Source of the DNA: a virus
Direction: 5' to 3' (one strand)
Virus record (IMG/VR): IMGVR_UViG_3300032240_000659
Span: 1 to 64,000 of that record
DNA: 64,000 nt
Shown one piece after another: positions 26,747 through 36,527 of the stretch. A program made the translations under genes and the position numbers. The notes beneath the pieces are model-generated. The model ran no database searches. It was not told the origin of the DNA and worked only from the letters and a program-made list of their open reading frames with translations. Position 1 is the stretch's first letter; every line of letters starts with the position of its first letter.

Positions 26747-29700
26747 TATGCATTTACCTCTACCTCTAACCTATCAACATCTTTACGTGTTGCCCACACA
26801 GTATAGAAACAATCAACATTGCTACTGAATAGATTATCGTTACCAACAAATACTTTGTTATTTTCAATTTTTTCTATGTATAGTTTTTGATGCTTTCCAA
26901 TTGGTGTTAAATCTACAGTAATTGTAGATGCGTCTACTAGGCCTAACCAGTGCTCGGGCAATTCAATTACAGATCCTGTTAAACGACCACGTGAGTATAC
27001 TCCGTGTTCAGGGCCTTCTAAGCTACCATATACTAATTTCATCCCAGGGCGAGTTGGGTGATCAATAAAGAAGCTCTTAGTTGTAGCGTTAAATGTACCT
27101 GTAATTGTTAAAGTATTAGTAGTGTTATTCCACACAAAGTTACTTGAGCCAGCAAATACATTGCTATTATTAAATTGAACTTGTGTGTTAGATCCGCCTG
27201 GAATACCGCCGCCAATCTGTCCCCAGCTTGTACCGTTATAACCTTCAAATCTAGTCTGTGTGGTATTATAACGAATCATGCCTTGAGCCGCAGTAGCCTG
27301 ACTTGCTTGCCCTGGTTGTTGTGAATCAGTGCCGACTGGTATTTTAATTGCACCAGTACCGCCAATATTTACTACACCAACACCATTTGGCGTTAGTGAA
27401 ATATTGTTATTTGCACCAGCAGTAATAACAATAGTACCGCTGTTAGTACCACTATTTGTGTTTAGTGTTAAATTGGCAGCGGCTGCTCCAGTTGTTACTG
27501 TGCCCGATACCGTGGTATCACCTAAAATAACAGTACCAGTTCCATTGGGAACAATAGAAATATTGCCGTTAACACCATTGTTTAGTGTTATTGATCCTGC
27601 ATTGGTTCCGCTATTTGTATTAATTACTAGATTACTTGTACTAGCGGTTGTAATCGTAGTGGTACCACCGGCACCACTGTTAAGTTGCAGTATATTACCT
27701 GTGATTGCTCCGCCAATTTGAACTGTAGTTATAGCACTTGCACTTTGCCCTAATTGTACAGTGCCGCTGGATCCAATTTTTGTTGTAGTGGCAGCACCGG
27801 CAAAGTTCATTGTTGTAGCACTTGTATTAAACAAGTTAGCATTTGTCATTGTTGTGGTCAAATCTAACTGTGTTGCGGCGCCTGACAGTTCAAGGCGCAT
27901 ACGCTCAGTTAGCGTTTGTACTACACTACCACTTGACCCTTGAGTTGGTGTTTTAAAAGCAATGTAGCCGCCGGAAGTGTTATTTCCAGTGTTTGCACCA
28001 CCTTGAATTGTAAGGTTTGGTGCGGCAGTGTCTGCACCAGATGCATTTGTTGTTGTAATTATAGCGTTGGTTGTTGCATTTCCGACTACAAGAGCACCTG
28101 TACCGTTAGGAGTAATAGCAATATTGCCATTAACACCGTTATTAATTAAAATAGTACCAGAATTGGTGCCACTATTTGTGCTTAGAGTTAAGTTAGCTGT
28201 ACCGTTAGTTGTTAATGTTGTAGCTGTACTTGCTATACCTTGTACAACTGTACTTGATGTTAGTGCAATAGATCCAGTGCCGTTTGGCGCTAGTGATATT
28301 GCTCCATTGGTTCCAGCAGTAATTACAATAGTTCCAGATGTTGTGCCATTGTTTGTACTTAAGGTTAAGTTGGCATTGATAGCGCCTGTGGTAATTACAC
28401 CACTTGCTGTAGTATCACCTAGTCTAACATTACCTGTGCCGTTAGGGGTAACTGCAATATCTGCGTTAATACCTGTATTAACAGTAATGTTACCGGTGCT
28501 AGTTCCTGCGTTTGTATCTAATACCAAGTTAACAGCACTTGCTGTTGTAACTTTTGGTGTGCGAATATCTGTAGTAAAACTTGGTTGAGTCTGTAGGGCA
28601 ACTACTGTACCGCTACCTGTTGTTGAATAACTAGTGCCCCATGCTGAACCGGTTGAGTTAGCAATACCGCTAGTTGGATAAGTCATTGGTGATCCATTAG
28701 CAATACTAATAGAACCGTTACCGTTAGTGATAGTAATGCCTGACCCTTGTGTTAGCGTAGCTTTAGTTAGTGTATTGCCAGATGTATTACCAATTAATAA
28801 TTGTCCGTCGGTGTATGTTGTTTGTCCAGTGCCACCATACGCTACTCCGATTTGCGTGGCAGTCCAAGATCCAGATGTAACTGCACCAGCAGTACTAATT
28901 GTAAAAGTATTGGCAACAACTGTGCCAGTACCTTTACCTGCAAGTACTAAGTTGATGTTTGGGTTTGCACCGCTGGCTGTAATATTACTGGTTGTGTTAG
29001 TTGTTGTACTGGCTACAACAAAACTACCAGTGCCTTTTGTTTGTAGGTTAAAGTTTACGTTAGCGTCTGTTGCGCCTGCTGAAGCTACTGTAGGGCCAGT
29101 TCCGCTGGCTGCACCTGTTAATGTAAAGTAGTTTGAACTACCATTAGCAAGGGTACTTGTACCTGAAATAACTAATGTACCAGCACCTGAAATGTTACCA
29201 GTAGTAGTTAATGCAGATTGTACAACTGTACTACCAGTACCGTTTGGACTAATTTGAATATTACCATTTGTACCGTTAAACAGAACAATACTACCGGCGT
29301 TAGTGCCGCTGTTGGTGTTTAATATTAAGTTACCAGTACCGTTGGTAGTTAAAGTAGTGTTAGTATTTGATACACCTTGTACGACAGTACTTGCCACTAG
29401 TCCAACTGCGCCCGTACCGTTAGGCGCAATGTTAATAGCAGTATTAGCACCAGTATTGATTGTAATGTTACCAGTGGTTGTACCTGCATTTGTGTCTAAC
29501 ACTAGAGCAACTGCACTTGCTGTTGTAACTTTTGGTGTACGAATATCAGTGGTAAAACTTGGCTGTGTTTGTAGTGCTACTACTGTACCTGATCCAGTCG
29601 TTGAATAACTTGTACCCCATGCTGAACCGGTTGAGTTAGCAATACCGGTGGCTGGATATACCATAGAGCCGCCAGCGGCAGACCAACTTAAATTACCGCT

Positions 29701-29829
29701 AGTGTCAGACGATAATACATATCCGTTAACGGCGGCTACCGCGGCTGGAAACGTTAACGAGTAGTTTCCACTTGCGCCGGGCTTTAAAGTCAGTACGCCC
29801 GTATTGGTATCGTCAAGTTGGATAGCCAT
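26746..29829 (-). CDS. Tail fibre protein with PNGTG repeats and a conserved C-terminal domain
   Basis: Seven I..PNG(T/V)G modules; GMIRYNTT..RFEGY motif; C-terminal TKSFFIDHP...L.YGSLEGPE.GVY.RG domain typical of myophage fibre ends. Confidence 0.75.
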   Translation of the reverse strand: MAIQLDDTNTGVLTLKPGASGNYSLTFPAAVAAVNGYVLSSDTSGNLSWSAAGGSMVYPATGIANSTGSAWGTSYSTTGSGTVVALQTQPSFTTDIRTPKVTTASAVALVLDTNAGTTTGNITINTGANTAINIAPNGTGAVGLVASTVVQGVSNTNTTLTTNGTGNLILNTNSGTNAGSIVLFNGTNGNIQISPNGTGSTVVQSALTTTGNISGAGTLVISGTSTLANGSSNYFTLTGAASGTGPTVASAGATDANVNFNLQTKGTGSFVVASTTTNTTSNITASGANPNINLVLAGKGTGTVVANTFTISTAGAVTSGSWTATQIGVAYGGTGQTTYTDGQLLIGNTSGNTLTKATLTQGSGITITNGNGSISIANGSPMTYPTSGIANSTGSAWGTSYSTTGSGTVVALQTQPSFTTDIRTPKVTTASAVNLVLDTNAGTSTGNITVNTGINADIAVTPNGTGNVRLGDTTASGVITTGAINANLTLSTNNGTTSGTIVITAGTNGAISLAPNGTGSIALTSSTVVQGIASTATTLTTNGTANLTLSTNSGTNSGTILINNGVNGNIAITPNGTGALVVGNATTNAIITTTNASGADTAAPNLTIQGGANTGNNTSGGYIAFKTPTQGSSGSVVQTLTERMRLELSGAATQLDLTTTMTNANLFNTSATTMNFAGAATTTKIGSSGTVQLGQSASAITTVQIGGAITGNILQLNSGAGGTTTITTASTSNLVINTNSGTNAGSITLNNGVNGNISIVPNGTGTVILGDTTVSGTVTTGAAAANLTLNTNSGTNSGTIVITAGANNNISLTPNGVGVVNIGGTGAIKIPVGTDSQQPGQASQATAAQGMIRYNTTQTRFEGYNGTSWGQIGGGIPGGSNTQVQFNNSNVFAGSSNFVWNNTTNTLTITGTFNATTKSFFIDHPTRPGMKLVYGSLEGPEHGVYSRGRLTGSVIELPEHWLGLVDASTITVDLTPIGKHQKLYIEKIENNKVFVGNDNLFSSNVDCFYTVWATRKDVDRLEVEVNA
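28535..29647. repeat. Direct repeat inside the fibre gene, period 978 nt (in frame)
   Basis: Exact 33-nt copy CCCCATGCTGAACCGGTTGAGTTAGCAATACCG at 28637-28669 and 29615-29647; exact GCACTTGCTGTTGTAACTTTTGGTGT at 28535 and 29513. Confidence 0.9.
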
Positions 29830-32006
29830 TAGAATGTTACCTCTGTTGTTTCTGCTTTACATACCCATCGTATTGTATTGGCTACTTGTCCGGTTACTGT
29901 AACTGCTAATGCACCGTTAGTTGTATCCGCTGATAGTGCAATAGTCCAAGTACTTGCTCCGGAATCCGCTGCCGTTATGTTGATAATAGCAGTGCCAACA
30001 ATTGACGTAGTTGCATTTGTCAGTGCTTTTTTAACAACACATTCAAATGTCCATGCTTTAGTTGCGCCGGCGGCTGTTACTGTTGCAATCACTGAGCCTT
30101 TAACATAGTATGCACTATTGCTAGGTAATGCTATTTGATTTGAACTGCTGGCTGCACTGTTATCTGATCGTAAAACTGTTGCAGTAGCATCAGTTGTTTG
30201 TCTAGCAAGTATTAGTAGACCACCTTGTGATACTCCGCTTGTAGCAGCGATTGGGGCAAAACATGCCGGAAACGCATGGAATCCCACTACAGCTCGTGTA
30301 TCACCGTATGATCCTCCCATAATTGCACCGTAGGCCATATTATTTTGATGACCTCTTCCGCCAGCAACAGTGCTCCAGTTATATCCTGCATAATTGTCAC
30401 TGCCGCCACTTATAGTTGCATAAGACCCACCTGATACTTGGTTATTATATCCGCCACTAAGTGTTGCATACGATCCACTGTTTGTATTTTTTTGTCCGCC
30501 TCCAGTAAAACTCCAATCGCCGCTGGCTGTGTTTCTATTTGTAGCGGTAACTCTATCACCGCCTCCAACAACTATAGAGTATAAACCAGTAGCTTGATTA
30601 TTTGCGCCGCCACCAATAAATGCACCAGGATAAAATAATGTTGTTGTTCCTCCTGTTACTGGGTTATTGTAACTAATGTTTGCTGCCATAGTTGCAGTAA
30701 TTGTAGTGCTTTGTTTAACAGTTCCTTGTATGCTAATAGTACCAGTTGCACTAGATCCAAAAGATACACTGCCTGCCGATGATCCAGTAACAATGTATGT
30801 TCCGTTGATTGTACCACTGGTTAGTGTTACACCTGCAATAGTAATCCAAGAATCAACAGCGTAAGTACCGCTAGCATGTGTTAATGTATATGTTGTACCG
30901 TTGCCAGAGCCGCCAGTAGTAGCAAATGTACTACCAGCGGCTATATATGTCAATACAGCTTCTTCATTAAAAACAGGTGAGCCGTTATTTGCAACGCTTG
31001 AAAAAATTAATCCTGCTTTAATACTAGCATTGTCTGCACTTAAAGCAATGTTTGCTTTTCCACTTTGACTAAAAAAAGTTATTTGAAACTGAGTGGCGCC
31101 TGCTTGATTTGCATAACCGCCTGCTATCGCACCCCAGTAGCTGGTCTGTCTACCATTTTGACCGCCTAATATTGATGCTGAAGGACCAGAGTTCCAATTT
31201 GCGTCACCGCCAACAATAACACCCCTGTCTGCATTTAGAACATTACTATATCCGCCACCAAGAAACTGATAATTTGGCACATAGCTTGCACCAAGGAAAC
31301 CACCGCCACCGCCACCTACAGAGTTTTGTTGGCCGCCGACAATAGCCGACGAGTTAGAATAAGTTATTGTATTCTGATTGCCGCCGCCTATAAATTGATT
31401 TTTCCAGCCAGTGTTAACACTTTCAATTAGGTTACTAGTACCGGTTACAATTGCATGGGTTTGGCCGTTTTGTACTGTATTGTTTTGTCCTGAACCAATA
31501 AAAGAATAGGTACTATTAGCAACTTGTGTGGCGGCAGATCTAGACATTTGAAAATCTACAGAATAAGTTCCACGCTTGTTACCACCTGCTGCGTTTCCAT
31601 CTGGCACTTGAGCCAGTATCGCGCCCGTACCTTTAACTACTAAAGCAATGTCAATATTTGCATAACCTACGTTAGTAGCCGTTAATGTCGCAACTGGTAT
31701 TACGTTGTTAGGTGATACTGTTGAAATAGTATCAGTAAAATTGGTTAGTCCGCCACCACTTGCTACTACTGTTGCAAACGATAAATTGCCAGCACCGTCT
31801 GTTCTTAAATATTGTCCAACTGTGCCATCACTAGCAGGCCATCGTATTCCGTTCAACGACAGTGTTTTACTAAATGGATTATATGTTAGTGCTGTAGCAG
31901 AAAGAATGCTAGTAGTACGGCCAGCACTAGCTGGCTGCATTGAAAGATACAATGTTGCATTGTCGCTAACTGCTGGAAGTACTTGTAATGAGGTATCTGT
32001 AATCAT
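29829..32006 (-). CDS. Fibre/spike protein with GGG..N repeats (YadA-head-like beta-roll)
   Basis: About a dozen ~14-aa repeats such as FIGGGNQN, FLGGGYSN, TLSGGYNN and TISGGSDN, interrupted by an insert. Confidence 0.68.
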   Translation of the reverse strand: MITDTSLQVLPAVSDNATLYLSMQPASAGRTTSILSATALTYNPFSKTLSLNGIRWPASDGTVGQYLRTDGAGNLSFATVVASGGGLTNFTDTISTVSPNNVIPVATLTATNVGYANIDIALVVKGTGAILAQVPDGNAAGGNKRGTYSVDFQMSRSAATQVANSTYSFIGSGQNNTVQNGQTHAIVTGTSNLIESVNTGWKNQFIGGGNQNTITYSNSSAIVGGQQNSVGGGGGGFLGASYVPNYQFLGGGYSNVLNADRGVIVGGDANWNSGPSASILGGQNGRQTSYWGAIAGGYANQAGATQFQITFFSQSGKANIALSADNASIKAGLIFSSVANNGSPVFNEEAVLTYIAAGSTFATTGGSGNGTTYTLTHASGTYAVDSWITIAGVTLTSGTINGTYIVTGSSAGSVSFGSSATGTISIQGTVKQSTTITATMAANISYNNPVTGGTTTLFYPGAFIGGGANNQATGLYSIVVGGGDRVTATNRNTASGDWSFTGGGQKNTNSGSYATLSGGYNNQVSGGSYATISGGSDNYAGYNWSTVAGGRGHQNNMAYGAIMGGSYGDTRAVVGFHAFPACFAPIAATSGVSQGGLLILARQTTDATATVLRSDNSAASSSNQIALPSNSAYYVKGSVIATVTAAGATKAWTFECVVKKALTNATTSIVGTAIINITAADSGASTWTIALSADTTNGALAVTVTGQVANTIRWVCKAETTEVTF

Positions 32007-32020
32007 ATGTAATATTTATT

Positions 32021-35000
32021 TTAAGTACCTAACATGATTTCTGCAGGTTTAAATGGATAACGTTTTACTGGAGGAGTTGCGGCATTAATACCAGTGCTTC
32101 TAATCATCACAGTTGATTGCGGGCTAACCGAGCCTGCAAATTTAATAGTACTGCCACCAGCAATAGTATAAGTTAAACCAGTTGGTGTTCCGCTAGCAGT
32201 TATAATAGGGATAGCGCCTAATGTTGGTGCTAACTGAAACGTTGTTGATCCATTAGTAGCTACAATGTAGTAGGTTGTGCCAGAAACATAGTTTTGAATA
32301 GTACCAGCTGATGGCCAAGAACCGTTACCGTTTGTACCTGTAATAGTCATTGTTTGTCCAACATATAAAGTTGTTGGTGCAGATAGACAGCTAAATTGCC
32401 CGGCTGATCCTGTAATAGCCACTGTGCTAAGATTAGCTGTACTGGTTTGTACTGTATAACCCCTGTAGGCACTAAAGAAGCAACTAGTCCATATTGGATC
32501 GTAATTTACGATAAATGCCGGTTGTACTAATCCATTAACTGTGACCATTAGACTAAATGGGTTTGCTACTGCTACTGGAAGTTGATTAAATGTTAGGGGA
32601 AACGCACTTTTTGAATCGTTTAGAGTAAGTTCATCTAGGTCGTAAGCCGCATAAGTACCGCCAACAATATTGCCGCCAAAATAGGCATTGCTCATTGAAA
32701 CAAAATTGCCTTGAACTACCATAGTGTTATTAACAGTAACTCTGTTGTCTGAATAACCCATGGACATTGCTGTCCCAGTATTGGTTGTAGTGCTGTTAGA
32801 AAAAGTTTGCGCAGAGTCAAGAATGTTACTAGCGTAGATTATTCCACCATACTGTCCGGCTCGAATATACGCCGAAGTTCCTGCTGAGCTATTGCCAAAA
32901 TTAATTGTACTATTGGTTGGGATTGATGTAGATGATAAGTTACCTAAATTTAGTGTAATACTTCCCTGAGATCCGCTTGCTGGGCCTAGTGTCATAGTTG
33001 CACCTGCAACTGGAATTCTTACTAGGCCGCTGCCATTAGGTGTAATATCAATGTTACCGTTAGCACCTGCATTAATTACAAAACTTCCACTAGTTGAGCC
33101 GTTGTTAGTATTTAAAGTTAAGTTAGCAGTAACTGAACCGGTAGTAAGCGTACCGGAACTAGTAATGTCACCCATGTTTACCACTGAAGTTGGTGCACCA
33201 ACATTAACTGTTGTAGCATTGGCTGTAAACAAGTTTGCTGTAGTAGCAGGTGTGCTTAGGTTTAAAATAGTACTAGCACTGGCTGTATCAATACTTAAAC
33301 GCTCTTGTGCAGTTTGTAGTGTTGAACCTGTAGTTAATGTTGTACCAGTATAAAATTTAATAGCACCGCCAGTACCAGTACCAGTTGATAGACCACCTTG
33401 TATTGACAATGTGCCAGCACTGATATCAGTACCAGACATGTTGGTCATTCTAATAGTTCTTGCAATGGCAGTAGTGTAAGTGTCACCAACACCCAAAATT
33501 AAACTAGATGCAGATATTCTAAATGTTTCTAAATTATTTCCTGAACCAAATGCTACGCCATAGGTGCTGCCTGGTGGATTAAATTCAATATAACCTTGTG
33601 GTGTTACATCGATACGCTGTTGAATACGTGTACTATCACCTGTCCAGTCAGCACCGTCAGTGTGACGATGGTGATAGGTATGTAATAGTGTTCCATTACC
33701 ATTATTACCAGATAGCTGTGTCCACTCTGTACCTTTTCTAAATGTATGTGTGCCAGCTGGAAGTGTACCTGTTAAATCTATTGGGGTACTTTGGGCGTTA
33801 GCGTTATACGACGAAGTATGTAATTTAACTGTTGTTGTATCAACAGTTTGAACATAGTAGAAATATTGCCAGCCTTGCGGTAAATTAAATGATCCGGCAA
33901 GTCCGCCAATTGCGCCGCCAGACCCTGGGATATAAAACACCATGTCGCCAGTATTCAAATTATGAACTGCACTAAATGTAATAGTATCTAGTGTAGCGTC
34001 CATTGCACTAACTGTACTTAGGTTAAAACTGGAATTTACACCTCTGCTATTGTTAACATGTAGTAGTGCATTTGGCTGTGTTTGATTAATACCAACGTAT
34101 CCCATTGGTGTAACTGTTGCACGAATTTGGCCGCTGCCTAGGTCTGTGCCGTTAGTTCCGCTATCACCTGAGTATATGTCTAAAATTTGCCCAATATTTG
34201 TGACCTGTCGAGAACCAATACCAGTGTTGTATCTATTATTAGTTGCATCAGGGAAAGCAATAGTAGGAACAGTTCCGCCAGCGGAAACAATTGTGACTTT
34301 ACTAACAGGGCTTGTTGTGTAAAATCCAATCTTACCAGTACCATTAGGCACCACAGTAATGTTTCCGTTAGTACCTTGGTTAAGAACAATGCTACCTGCG
34401 TTAGTACCACTGTTAGTATTAATTGTTAAATTACCAGTGCCGTTAGTTGTTAAAGTTGTAGCAGTATTACTTACACCTAATTGTGTTGTGCTAGTAATTA
34501 GGTCAACTTTACCAGTACCGTTGGTTGTAATATCAATATTACCATTAGTACCGTTGTTGAGAACAATGCTACCTGCATTGGTACCATTGTTAGTATTAAT
34601 TGTTAAGTTAGCAGTGCCATATGTTGTAATGGTAGATGCTGTATTTTGCTTGCCTAATTGTACAGTGCTAGCTGACAAACCAATAGTGCCAGTAGCGGTG
34701 GTAATAATGCTTAACCCTTCACCGGATATATTACTTAATATACCTAATCCAGTTAAGCCAGTTCCGCCCCAAGTGCTTGCTCCGCGATTATAAGAAATAT
34801 ATGCTGAATAGCCGCTTGAGGTATTTTGAAAAGTAATTAATGAAGTAGATGGTGCAGTTGCAGTAGCACTGCTACCTAAATTGATAACTGCTTGGTTTGT
34901 TCCAGTTCCAGATGGACTTGTTGATCCAATAGTTAATGTTCTATTAACATCTCCTGAACCTGTTAAATTAAGATTAATATTGCTATCCCAAGATGTTGTT

Positions 35001-36484
35001 GAATTAACATATGTGATAGTTTTATTAGTTGTGCCTAGCAAAGTAATGCCGCCACCGTCAGCGGTAACATCTGTAGCACCGCCGATATTTAATGTAGCAC
35101 CTGTTGCTGAACCAGATCCAGTCAGCGCTTGATTTAGTGTAATTTGAGTTGCGCTATCAATTGACAATACTGTTGTACTTGCTGGCAGTGTTACGGTGCC
35201 GTTGCCGCTTAGTGAACTAACTGCTGATCCAGGGATAATATTTGCTGTGGCAGATAAGTTAGTAACAACTGCTGATCCAGCACTAATATTACCAGTTTGT
35301 GCTGAAGAAACAACACCACCTAATTCTAAATTCTTATCATCAACTGATACTGTGTTAGAATTAATAGTGGTAGTAGTACCATTAACTATTAAATTTCCAG
35401 TAATTGTTAATGCTGATAATGTTCCTGGAATATCTGCAGCCACTAACGCACGGAATGACGGATTGCCGTTTCCGCCCGAGCTTGGTCCAGCATACACATA
35501 ATTTTGTGTTTGACTACCAAACGTGCTATTAATATCCGAGGCAGCGGCTGTTGATACAGTACCACTAGTACCTTTTAATAAACCAGTTAATGAAGCAAGA
35601 ACTATTGAACCTGTGCCGTTTGGTGTTAACGAAATATTTCCGTTAACACCTTGATTAATAACAATAGAGCCACTGTTAGTGCCGCTGTTTGTGTTTAAAG
35701 TTAAATTAGCAGTACCATTAGTTGTTAATGTTGTTGCAGTATTACTAATACCTTGTACAATTGTACTTGATGTTAGTGCAATTGATCCTGTTCCGCTTGG
35801 CGTTAGAGTAATAGCACCATTAGTACCAGCGGTAATTACAATGCTACCAGAATTGGCACCGTTGTTTGTGTTTAATGTTAAGTTGCTGGTTATAGTACCA
35901 GTAGTTACTAGGCCAGCACCAGTCATGTCACCTAGATTAACTACACCAGTTCCATTAGGTGTTACTGCAATGTTACCGTTAACGCCTTGATTAATAACAA
36001 TTGAGCCAGAATTTAATCCGCCGTTAGTATTAACTGTTAGTGTCTGTGCGCCATTAGTAGAATAAGATGGGGAAGTAAAACTAATACTGGCTCTAACAGT
36101 GCCATTTACTGCTAGTGTAGATGTTCCTGTAGTCCAAGTAAAATTACTTGAACCAGCTGTTGTACCATTGCTATTATACTGTACTTGACTGTCAGATCCA
36201 GCGGCAGCTAATGCTGAAGCAAGTGCCGAAGCAGTAGTTGCTAGTACTGACCACCCAGTAGTACTATAAACTTCTAAATTTCCGCTATTATATCTTAACG
36301 CACCAGTAACATTATATAAACTATTAGCTGTAGAAATATCAGGTACTACTAGGCCTTGACTTACAAAGGCGGCGCCTTGTACAACTAAATTTTTTCCAAC
36401 ACTAACTCCGCCACCACTGGCAACTAGTTGATTGTCGCCTACTACTAGACCATCGGGCTCCAGGAAGATCTTATTAATTGTCAT
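32021..36484 (-). CDS. Long tail fibre protein (1487 aa) with PNGTG repeats
   Basis: Six PNGTG-type modules, a GNL.VNGTTTTINS module and a C-terminal YDLD...PFK...IML module; T/G/S/N-rich. Confidence 0.72.
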   Translation of the reverse strand: MTINKIFLEPDGLVVGDNQLVASGGGVSVGKNLVVQGAAFVSQGLVVPDISTANSLYNVTGALRYNSGNLEVYSTTGWSVLATTASALASALAAAGSDSQVQYNSNGTTAGSSNFTWTTGTSTLAVNGTVRASISFTSPSYSTNGAQTLTVNTNGGLNSGSIVINQGVNGNIAVTPNGTGVVNLGDMTGAGLVTTGTITSNLTLNTNNGANSGSIVITAGTNGAITLTPSGTGSIALTSSTIVQGISNTATTLTTNGTANLTLNTNSGTNSGSIVINQGVNGNISLTPNGTGSIVLASLTGLLKGTSGTVSTAAASDINSTFGSQTQNYVYAGPSSGGNGNPSFRALVAADIPGTLSALTITGNLIVNGTTTTINSNTVSVDDKNLELGGVVSSAQTGNISAGSAVVTNLSATANIIPGSAVSSLSGNGTVTLPASTTVLSIDSATQITLNQALTGSGSATGATLNIGGATDVTADGGGITLLGTTNKTITYVNSTTSWDSNINLNLTGSGDVNRTLTIGSTSPSGTGTNQAVINLGSSATATAPSTSLITFQNTSSGYSAYISYNRGASTWGGTGLTGLGILSNISGEGLSIITTATGTIGLSASTVQLGKQNTASTITTYGTANLTINTNNGTNAGSIVLNNGTNGNIDITTNGTGKVDLITSTTQLGVSNTATTLTTNGTGNLTINTNSGTNAGSIVLNQGTNGNITVVPNGTGKIGFYTTSPVSKVTIVSAGGTVPTIAFPDATNNRYNTGIGSRQVTNIGQILDIYSGDSGTNGTDLGSGQIRATVTPMGYVGINQTQPNALLHVNNSRGVNSSFNLSTVSAMDATLDTITFSAVHNLNTGDMVFYIPGSGGAIGGLAGSFNLPQGWQYFYYVQTVDTTTVKLHTSSYNANAQSTPIDLTGTLPAGTHTFRKGTEWTQLSGNNGNGTLLHTYHHRHTDGADWTGDSTRIQQRIDVTPQGYIEFNPPGSTYGVAFGSGNNLETFRISASSLILGVGDTYTTAIARTIRMTNMSGTDISAGTLSIQGGLSTGTGTGGAIKFYTGTTLTTGSTLQTAQERLSIDTASASTILNLSTPATTANLFTANATTVNVGAPTSVVNMGDITSSGTLTTGSVTANLTLNTNNGSTSGSFVINAGANGNIDITPNGSGLVRIPVAGATMTLGPASGSQGSITLNLGNLSSTSIPTNSTINFGNSSAGTSAYIRAGQYGGIIYASNILDSAQTFSNSTTTNTGTAMSMGYSDNRVTVNNTMVVQGNFVSMSNAYFGGNIVGGTYAAYDLDELTLNDSKSAFPLTFNQLPVAVANPFSLMVTVNGLVQPAFIVNYDPIWTSCFFSAYRGYTVQTSTANLSTVAITGSAGQFSCLSAPTTLYVGQTMTITGTNGNGSWPSAGTIQNYVSGTTYYIVATNGSTTFQLAPTLGAIPIITASGTPTGLTYTIAGGSTIKFAGSVSPQSTVMIRSTGINAATPPVKRYPFKPAEIMLGT

Positions 36485-36500
36485 TTACGCTCCAAATAAT

Positions 36501-36527
36501 ATAGAAGGGAGGAGTCCTCCCTTCTAT
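36501..36527 (-). other. Perfect 12-bp intercistronic hairpin
   Basis: ATAGAAGGGAGG-AGT-CCTCCCTTCTAT (plus strand), about 16 nt upstream of ATG 36484. Confidence 0.8.
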
